Shown here in pieces: positions 46,973 to 53,344 of a DNA stretch of 53,344 nt (position 1 is the first letter of the stretch; each line of letters starts with the position of its first letter). This DNA is from a virus (taxonomy: Duplodnaviria > Caudoviricetes). The DNA lies in IMG/VR virus record IMGVR_UViG_3300030329_003045, positions 1 to 53,344 of that record. One strand, given 5' to 3'. The position numbers and the translations under genes are program-made. Under the pieces are notes generated by a model that did not search any database, was not told the DNA's origin, and saw only the letters and a list, made by a program, of their open reading frames with translations.

Positions 46973-48526
46973 CTACGCTGTTACCCAGCTTTTAGCTTGA
47001 GGTTTATTTTTATGCCACCCATCTTTATTCTCTTTCATACCTTGGGGTGGATAGGCATATTTACAAGCATATGCTAATGCATCAATAGTATCATCATGAG
47101 CCATTCTAGGACCAAAAGTTGATATCTCTCTATGCAAATCATAATGCTCTTTCTTTATATGTATCTGCCCAACAGAAAATCTTTGAGCAAGTATTTCTTG
47201 TATTCTATCTCTTTTAGACATACGAGTACCTGGTTTCTCTTCTTTGAAAGGAACATTAAATTGATTCCTTCTTCTCATTTCAGCACGAATAGCTTGAAAC
47301 ACTGGTCTACTCATAGTCGTATCCTCGATAGTAAATAATACTGGTTTGTAAAAGTTAGCATAATCAAATATATAATCAACTATACCTTTTTTATCCATAC
47401 CTGGAATTCCTAGTACTGGTAAAGATCTATTTCTTACATAATCCAGTATATATATATTGTTATCTGGCGTTACCGCAAGAGCCAATATAACGCTGAAATC
47501 AGAATCCCTGCGAGCAGAATCTGTAGCGGGATCGACACCCACATAGATTGAACACGGTTTCGGATCATCTCCATCGGGTATAACAAAAGTGAGACCAGTT
47601 TCTTGATCAGTCGTAAACTGCCCGTCCCAAAATTTGATATGATCCCTAGTAAATATTGCATCTTCTTCACTTTGTACCTCCATCATATATTCTTGATAAA
47701 ATTTCTGTGGCGTTCCACTATCTTGGTAGAACTTTTTCTTTCTTGCCATTTCTTTATGACCAAACCACGAAGGCCATAAAGGTGTTCCATCATCTTGTAA
47801 GGCTTTGTATGTTATCACTTTCCAGCTATAATCCTCTTCTTGTTTCTTAGCCTGTTCATGCCCAACAAGAATCTTTTGTATAAATGCATCATAATGCACT
47901 GGTGTTCCATTAATTCTTAATCTTCCTGTCTTCGGTTCGAGTGCAGGAAAGACGACAGCAGTAACGAGGTTGGATATTTTGCTCCTGCTTTCTGGTGTAA
48001 TTGTATTATTCTCATCCTCAAAATCATCGAGAACAATAAGATCATAACGTTTATGAAGCTTAGCCCCACCACGAATACCAGATAGATTGGACTTAGAAAT
48101 AAGTTTACAATTGTTTTTAAGTTCAATGTCATCTTCTGTCCATTTCCTTCCTTTTAAATCTCCGAAATAATACTTAATTTTTTCATTAAATTCCAAATGA
48201 TATTTTATATAATCTAAATTAGGTACTGATATTTTGCTTGAAGCGGCCACCCAACCATAGAATAAAGGTTCATCTGTAAAACAAAAATCATGCAATATAT
48301 TACATTTAGTCAATACTGTCTTACCATGACCTCTAGGTAATATAACAGCTAATTGTCTAACTGATAAATCAGATAAAGAATCTGCTACCTCATAATGAAA
48401 AAAAGGAGTTTCACTTCTCATAAAATCCTCATGTAAAAACAACTTACCAAACGCAATTAAGTCCTTATGAGCTAATTGCAGTTCCTCTTCTGCTTTACTT
48501 ACATTTCGTGAATTTATGTTAGCCAT
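46973..48526 (-). CDS. terL: Terminase large subunit
   Basis: PRGHGKT Walker A, IVLDDFE Walker B, GTP, FYQEY, GVDPA, HDDTIDALAYA. Confidence 0.95.
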   Translation of the reverse strand: MANINSRNVSKAEEELQLAHKDLIAFGKLFLHEDFMRSETPFFHYEVADSLSDLSVRQLAVILPRGHGKTVLTKCNILHDFCFTDEPLFYGWVAASSKISVPNLDYIKYHLEFNEKIKYYFGDLKGRKWTEDDIELKNNCKLISKSNLSGIRGGAKLHKRYDLIVLDDFEDENNTITPESRSKISNLVTAVVFPALEPKTGRLRINGTPVHYDAFIQKILVGHEQAKKQEEDYSWKVITYKALQDDGTPLWPSWFGHKEMARKKKFYQDSGTPQKFYQEYMMEVQSEEDAIFTRDHIKFWDGQFTTDQETGLTFVIPDGDDPKPCSIYVGVDPATDSARRDSDFSVILALAVTPDNNIYILDYVRNRSLPVLGIPGMDKKGIVDYIFDYANFYKPVLFTIEDTTMSRPVFQAIRAEMRRRNQFNVPFKEEKPGTRMSKRDRIQEILAQRFSVGQIHIKKEHYDLHREISTFGPRMAHDDTIDALAYACKYAYPPQGMKENKDGWHKNKPQAKSWVTA

Positions 48527-48538
48527 CTTCTCCCAACT

Positions 48539-49249
48539 TTAACTTGGCACGTCCCCTTCATAATCTGTAGCATCCATATTAGTCATGGTTCCATCTAACG
48601 AACCCACTAAATCATAAACTGTTGTACCAGCTCCATTTTCTGTCCCATCACCCATTCTCCACCAGTGGATTAAATTTCCAGAAGCTGACCCTGATTTATG
48701 GTCAAAAGGTTCTCTACTATTGTATAATTCTTTTACTTGAATCTCAGTTAATGCAGTATTATATATAGCTACATCAGAAATATTTCCATTAAATGTATTT
48801 CCAGAACTTCCACCTATAGTATCAAACTTTATGTCTCTATTCATAGTAAGGTCATCAGAAACAGGATCTAATTCAACCCCATCTTGATACATTAAATGAC
48901 TATTATCTCCATTTGAAACAACTACAAAATGATACCATGTATTTGCAACTGTTGAACAAGCTGCTGTAGCTGTATTGCCATCCTGAAGCCCTTCAAGCAT
49001 AAGCCTATCCCCATCAGTATCAAAAATAATAAAATCATAATTAGCATGAGCATCATTACCAAAAATTATATCAAAATTAGAAATTGCATCTCTTTTACAC
49101 CAAAACGAAAAAGAATAAGCTGTATCATGTACACTAAAAAGTGTTTCAGTAAATGATATAAAATCTCCATTATCATCATCAAAATGTATAGAGTATTCAT
49201 CTCTAAATTTATCACCACCTAATGTTGTTACTAATCTACTCGTAAGCAT
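48539..49249 (-). CDS. LamG/concanavalin A-like domain protein
   Basis: SFSFW.K, WYHFVV, YQDG, FNGNISDVAIYNTALT, WWRMGDG. Confidence 0.8.
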   Translation of the reverse strand: MLTSRLVTTLGGDKFRDEYSIHFDDDNGDFISFTETLFSVHDTAYSFSFWCKRDAISNFDIIFGNDAHANYDFIIFDTDGDRLMLEGLQDGNTATAACSTVANTWYHFVVVSNGDNSHLMYQDGVELDPVSDDLTMNRDIKFDTIGGSSGNTFNGNISDVAIYNTALTEIQVKELYNSREPFDHKSGSASGNLIHWWRMGDGTENGAGTTVYDLVGSLDGTMTNMDATDYEGDVPS

Positions 49250-49779
49250 TAATCTTTAACTATACCAAGTCTTAAAGTAATAGTAGCACTATTATAATCA
49301 TTAGTTGAATTAGTAATTCCATAAGCATATAAACTTTTAGAACCTGAAACCGCTTTAATAATAGCCCCTACATTTTCTTTACTAAATACACCAAAATATC
49401 CGTGGTCAGTTACTGAAGTCATATTTACAATACAACAAATACCATCTAATACTGCTCTTGTAGATGTATCTGCTCCTACAGCATCACTAACAGTACCTAT
49501 ACTTGTAGAGTCTGATGTAATAACTAACTTCCATGCACCTGTAATATTTGCACCATCTCCTGATGCATCTGTTGCATTATCTGTAACAATCGCAACAACT
49601 GATTGTAGAATTCCTGAACCACCATTAACTGCTACTGCATTTTCAATCTCAGTTGTATCAAACATTAAATCGCCTGATGTTCCATCACCTGAGAGTGTCG
49701 CTGATATATCAATAATATCAACATCCATTTTATTAAGTTTTTCTTGTACACTATAATTGTGTAATTTTGTCTCTGCCAT
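49249..49779 (-). CDS. Putative virion structural protein
   Basis: Beta-rich, Asp/Thr/Ser-rich; GGAGG RBS. Confidence 0.6.
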   Translation of the reverse strand: MAETKLHNYSVQEKLNKMDVDIIDISATLSGDGTSGDLMFDTTEIENAVAVNGGSGILQSVVAIVTDNATDASGDGANITGAWKLVITSDSTSIGTVSDAVGADTSTRAVLDGICCIVNMTSVTDHGYFGVFSKENVGAIIKAVSGSKSLYAYGITNSTNDYNSATITLRLGIVKD

Positions 49780-49834
49780 GTTTACCTCCTGCCCTAAGCA
49801 CTGGCTGTGCGTGAATGGGCTTGTTTATTTGTTA

Positions 49835-50320
49835 TTAAAATTCTTTTTCTGATTCTCTAAAACTTCTTATAAGATCCCCCAGAGAAAATCTTTTACCTTG
49901 TTGCATAGGAACCATTTCTCCTTCTTCACCTGGTTTTACAGGGGGTAAAGGAGCATAATTTCCCCCTTCACCTGGCCTTGAAATAGGTATAGGAACCATA
50001 TTTCTCTGTTGTGGTGGAGGGCCTCCTAATTCACTACCTATTTCTGTTCGTCTCCAAAATTCTTGAAACATTCTACGTTTCTCATCTGGACTATAATATT
50101 GATCCATCTGTTCTTCTTCACTTTGTACTTTAGGTCTATTTGGGAAATGTGTTCCAAGAGGATACTGCCATGGATTAAAATTTTCATCAAACTTATTTTC
50201 TATCGAATCTAACACAGTAGATGTTCTAGTATTCTTCCAACTGCCTGGCCCCATCAATGCATCCATTAAGGTTTTCCTAATTTCTGCTCCCATTATTTGT
50301 TCTTCTTCTGTCATCGCCAT
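49835..50320 (-). CDS. Hypothetical Pro/Met-rich protein
   Basis: ORF in coupled series between terS and terL. Confidence 0.65.
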   Translation of the reverse strand: MAMTEEEQIMGAEIRKTLMDALMGPGSWKNTRTSTVLDSIENKFDENFNPWQYPLGTHFPNRPKVQSEEEQMDQYYSPDEKRRMFQEFWRRTEIGSELGGPPPQQRNMVPIPISRPGEGGNYAPLPPVKPGEEGEMVPMQQGKRFSLGDLIRSFRESEKEF

Positions 50321-50321
50321 T

Positions 50322-50756
50322 TTAGGCCTCCCTTACATTTTCTATATTATTCTGATATCTAGCTCTTTCATCCGCTGTCATAAAATACATATCAGAGTCT
50401 ACAATTAATTTTCCTTCTGGACTCATAGGTGGTCTAAAATCAGGATCTGAATCAGGAAAATAATTACCTTCTTCATTTACCTTGTACCACTCATCTTCAT
50501 TAATTGGAAGATTGTTCTCTCTCATCCAATTCATAGCATCTATCTCTGAGCCTCCATATTGACTCATCCAAGAATTCATAACTTGACTAGGTGGCAGACC
50601 TGTAGGAACAACAGTATTACCTGTATCTGCAGCTTCCATCATATTCATAATCTTCCTTATACCTGACTCTCTAGTTCTTGGATCTCTTACCATACCTGCT
50701 ATTTTTAAAGGTTCACTTACTACCGCATTAAAATCTTCTGCTTTATCTCTTTTCAT
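50322..50756 (-). CDS. Hypothetical protein
   Basis: TAATG-coupled ORF. Confidence 0.65.
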   Translation of the reverse strand: MKRDKAEDFNAVVSEPLKIAGMVRDPRTRESGIRKIMNMMEAADTGNTVVPTGLPPSQVMNSWMSQYGGSEIDAMNWMRENNLPINEDEWYKVNEEGNYFPDSDPDFRPPMSPEGKLIVDSDMYFMTADERARYQNNIENVREA

Positions 50757-51232
50757 TATTTACCTCTTCTTGGCGGTCTAATCATTTTTTTTCTACCTTG
50801 ACCTCTACCAAAATTATTATAATGCCACATCATATACTCCTCTTCACTCATACCCATTATCATTCTAGTAACAGGTCCAGTAACATATTCTTCTAAGGTT
50901 GCAGCAGTCCATGGAATTATCTTCTCTTCATTCAAATCTAATCCTCCCAAATACTCATCTAAAGTAAAAGGCACACCTGTACTTTCCTCCACTTTTTTAA
51001 GCGACCTATATCGCTCAGGTGAACTTCTTTTTAATCCTCCCAATACTGCCTGTGCTAGAGCTGATGTATCGTTGTTCTTTAAAAACTCTCCTAATGATTC
51101 ACTATATAAATCCATTTCTTCTTCTTCTTCTTTTAAATAATTCATAACATTAGCCATTGCGGCATCTCTTTTTGTAGTAGAATCCTCCCCTGGCTTTGGA
51201 GTATGTCCATATTTTATATCTATATCATCCAT
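50756..51232 (-). CDS. Hypothetical protein
   Basis: Coupled ORF with RBS. Confidence 0.65.
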   Translation of the reverse strand: MDDIDIKYGHTPKPGEDSTTKRDAAMANVMNYLKEEEEEMDLYSESLGEFLKNNDTSALAQAVLGGLKRSSPERYRSLKKVEESTGVPFTLDEYLGGLDLNEEKIIPWTAATLEEYVTGPVTRMIMGMSEEEYMMWHYNNFGRGQGRKKMIRPPRRGK

Positions 51233-51956
51233 TAGTAATTTCCTTTGGTCTTTCAGCTTCTGCTAACTTCTTATCTGAAAATCCTTGAAAAACTGCTCCA
51301 GTAAGCTGTGTAACCTGTGTTTTGTTCTTATCTTCCATATCCATAATATCAGCTAGCTTAAATAAGGCTTTTAGTTTAGTATCATCCTTTTGAGCAGAAT
51401 CAACTACACTTTTTATATTTTTTAAAATATAGGTCTCATCTATGCCTAGTTCTTCCATATAAGGTTTTAATTCTTCTTTCATAGCTGTCTTTATCCTTGT
51501 TGTTTTAACTAATTGTCCAGCACGCAATCCAGCATAGTGCGGGTCATCCGTAGGGAACGCCTTTAGATACGCCTTGCGTGGATCCATTCCTGAAACCAAA
51601 TACTGGACAAAAGTATGCTCTCTACTAGATAAATTGTCCTTATTTTCAACTCTTTCGTTTCTCTCCCTACCACCAAGACTATAGATATCCTCCCTTTTAG
51701 AGGTATCCATCTTAGTGCTATCTGAAACTACAAAAGTACCTGTACATGTGCCTATATAGGATTTATCCCTATTAACCCCTTTAGGCCTTTTCATTTTACC
51801 TTCTCGTATAATCTGGATAATACACCCATCATCAGCTATAACCCAGTCACCTAGATGACCATGCCTCCAGTTATACAGATAGTCTATATCTCCAGGTACT
51901 TCATCAGCATCATCAAAAACTACGTGCTCTATCTTATTTACTATATAGTGTCTCAT
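51225..51956 (-). CDS. terS: Putative terminase small subunit
   Basis: FVQYLVSG.D..KAY..A HTH-like segment, EELGID..YIL..I, KLKAL..L; near the start of the packaging operon. Confidence 0.65.
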   Translation of the reverse strand: MRHYIVNKIEHVVFDDADEVPGDIDYLYNWRHGHLGDWVIADDGCIIQIIREGKMKRPKGVNRDKSYIGTCTGTFVVSDSTKMDTSKREDIYSLGGRERNERVENKDNLSSREHTFVQYLVSGMDPRKAYLKAFPTDDPHYAGLRAGQLVKTTRIKTAMKEELKPYMEELGIDETYILKNIKSVVDSAQKDDTKLKALFKLADIMDMEDKNKTQVTQLTGAVFQGFSDKKLAEAERPKEITNG

Positions 51957-51984
51957 TATATCCCTAAACCCGCCAGGGTTTAGA

Positions 51985-52173
51985 TTAGCTTATCCCTAAA
52001 TCTATACCATCTACATATTTCATCATATATTCTCCCATCTCATTTGTTATGGGTACATCATAACCATCAACCTCAATAACAAAATTAATATTCTCATCAA
52101 AAGCTTCTGATAAATGCTCTATCTCATCAGTCTTTGGATCATAAACTATTTTAAGTACATATTCTTTTTTCAT
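51985..52173 (-). CDS. Hypothetical acidic protein (first gene of the - arm)
   Basis: AGGAG RBS. Confidence 0.7.
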   Translation of the reverse strand: MKKEYVLKIVYDPKTDEIEHLSEAFDENINFVIEVDGYDVPITNEMGEYMMKYVDGIDLGIS

Positions 52174-52244
52174 ATTAGATACTCCTAACCCTGATAGTTT
52201 GAAAATTTTAAAAAAATTTTATTTTAACTTTAAATTTCGCTTTT

Positions 52245-52408
52245 GAGCCAGTTATATTCTCCCATACTCAAACTTATATTAAAGCACTTTATATCAGTTA
52301 TCGGGGACAATCTAGACTTCTATATGAACTAGCAACCCAACGTCTGACCCTCTACTTGTTTGTTAGACCTTCAAGGGTGATAATTGAAATCAATCAATTA
52401 CTGATGGG
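52245..52408 (-). ncRNA. Structured 5' leader or ncRNA at the head of the late operon
   Basis: Begins right after the putative promoter; minus-strand pairings ATCAGT/ACTGAT, TAATTGA/TCAATTA, ACCCTT/GAGGGT, GTCT/AGAC, GGG-CTAG-TTC/GAA-CTAG-CCC, CCCAT/ATGGG. Confidence 0.5.
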
Positions 52409-52410
52409 TA

Positions 52411-52441
52411 TAATATAATATATAAAATATTAATAATGCAA
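52411..52441 (-). promoter_or_regulatory. Putative promoter of the structural operon
   Basis: Minus strand TTGCAT-N17-TTATATTA in the AT-rich divergent intergenic region. Confidence 0.55.
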
Positions 52442-52588
52442 AGGTTTTAAAAATTGTGGCATTTTGGTGCTTGGCCTTTTATATATACCCGTACCCCATA
52501 AATGGGTTTTTTACATTCGTAATTACGTTATTTTTGATTTTATATTATTTGTTGATTTTTAGTTATAATAATTATGGAGGTATAACTA

Positions 52589-52849
52589 ATGTTCTTTGAT
52601 CTAGATGAGATCACTACAGAGCAGGTAGCATTGACTGTTGCGGATGAGCTTGTTAAAGAAGCCATTCAATCAGCGGGAGCTACTAGGCGTAAGCGTGCTA
52701 AGATTAGAAGCTGTCAAGCTAAGCTTAAGATGTTTATGTCTTGGTGTCGTACTCAAAGATGGAAAGCCCCTATACTTAAGGTAAAGAAATCCTTTATCTT
52801 ACTAGAGGAAGCCATTGGAGAAGACGATGTACAACTCTGGGGTATCTAA
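52589..52849 (+). CDS. Hypothetical protein (first gene of the + arm)
   Basis: GGAGG RBS; TATAAT upstream; followed by a GAGAGGC/GCCTCTC hairpin. Confidence 0.75.
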   Translation: MFFDLDEITTEQVALTVADELVKEAIQSAGATRRKRAKIRSCQAKLKMFMSWCRTQRWKAPILKVKKSFILLEEAIGEDDVQLWGI

Positions 52850-52992
52850 GGATTAAATTCCGCGGGAGAGGCTTGAACACATTCGGAGATCGGCCTCTCT
52901 CACTAACTTTATCATGTATTAGAGTGTTGTAGTGTGTAAAGATAGATGATAAGATGAGGACATAAGATGAGATGATATACGTGAGCGTGTGT

Positions 52993-53344
52993 GTGATATA
53001 TATATACCCACTTATACCAAACAGTCCCATAAAGAATTGCTGTGTATGCTTAATATATGCAGGATAAATGACTATGCTATTTATATAGCACAGAGTAATA
53101 ACCTAAGAACGATAGGCGTTATCATAATTAAGCTATGATAGATACAATGGACGTATTGTGTATGTGTTACAAAGTGTAATGCCGCATGTATATGATGCTA
53201 GATTGTAGTAAGCCGAATTAGCGATAGAGGCATTACTAGGTGTAACTGACACTGAAGATAAACAGTTAGGCTATGAAAGTCGTGGATGGTATTAGAGCTA
53301 CCAACATCATGTAAGTCCATATGTTATAATAGTATTGAGGTTCT
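52993..53344. repeat. Imperfect terminal repeat, copy B (allele B of the locus at 1-328)
   Basis: 77-bp exact flanks; inner region diverged, with an extra TGCTAT-TTAT-ATAGCA hairpin. Confidence 0.95.

Noticed and set aside
13647-47850. Short ORFs nested in or antisense to the large - strand genes (e.g. 13647, 21282, 23097, 25003, 36619, 37013, 41562, 42793, 46194, 47470)
   Set aside because: Shadow frames of long, well-supported genes; no RBS or motifs
52794-53030. Minus-strand 78-aa ORF
   Set aside because: Runs through a low-complexity tract and opposes the 52589-52849 gene; no RBS
1-53344. CRISPR array, integrase, transposase, DGR reverse transcriptase or alternative genetic code
   Set aside because: No regularly spaced repeats or relevant motifs were seen; genes are long and tightly packed in the standard code with TAA, TAG and TGA all used as stops

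Overview
This window looks like an essentially complete, AT-rich, podovirus-like (P22-type portal) lytic phage genome. The unit length is about 52,992 bp. The two ends are alternative alleles of one locus, each bounded by exact 77-bp matches, which points to a circular assembly with a bubble. The + strand arm (52589-53344 joined to 1-12674) starts with a ~3 kb cluster of structured RNAs: a covarying unnamed ncRNA, two tRNA-like RNAs with D-loop insertions, a ~78-nt tmRNA tRNA-like domain with no mRNA domain, a GOLLD-like giant RNA, and several smaller stem-closed modules. It continues with a complete phage-encoded ubiquitin-like conjugation operon (Ubl with GG-DQ tail, E2-like, JAB/JAMM protease, E1/ThiF) and a replication/recombination module (ERF, SSB-like, primase-helicase, resolvase-like nuclease). 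No DNA polymerase or integrase was recognised. The - strand arm (52173-12671) holds the virion genes: terminase, endolysin, portal, scaffold, capsid, decoration, adaptor and tail proteins, and putative ejected proteins. One of these is a 3097-aa protein with a DxDGD motif that suggests a virion-packaged double-barrel RNA polymerase. All family calls come from motif recognition by eye; no searches were run.
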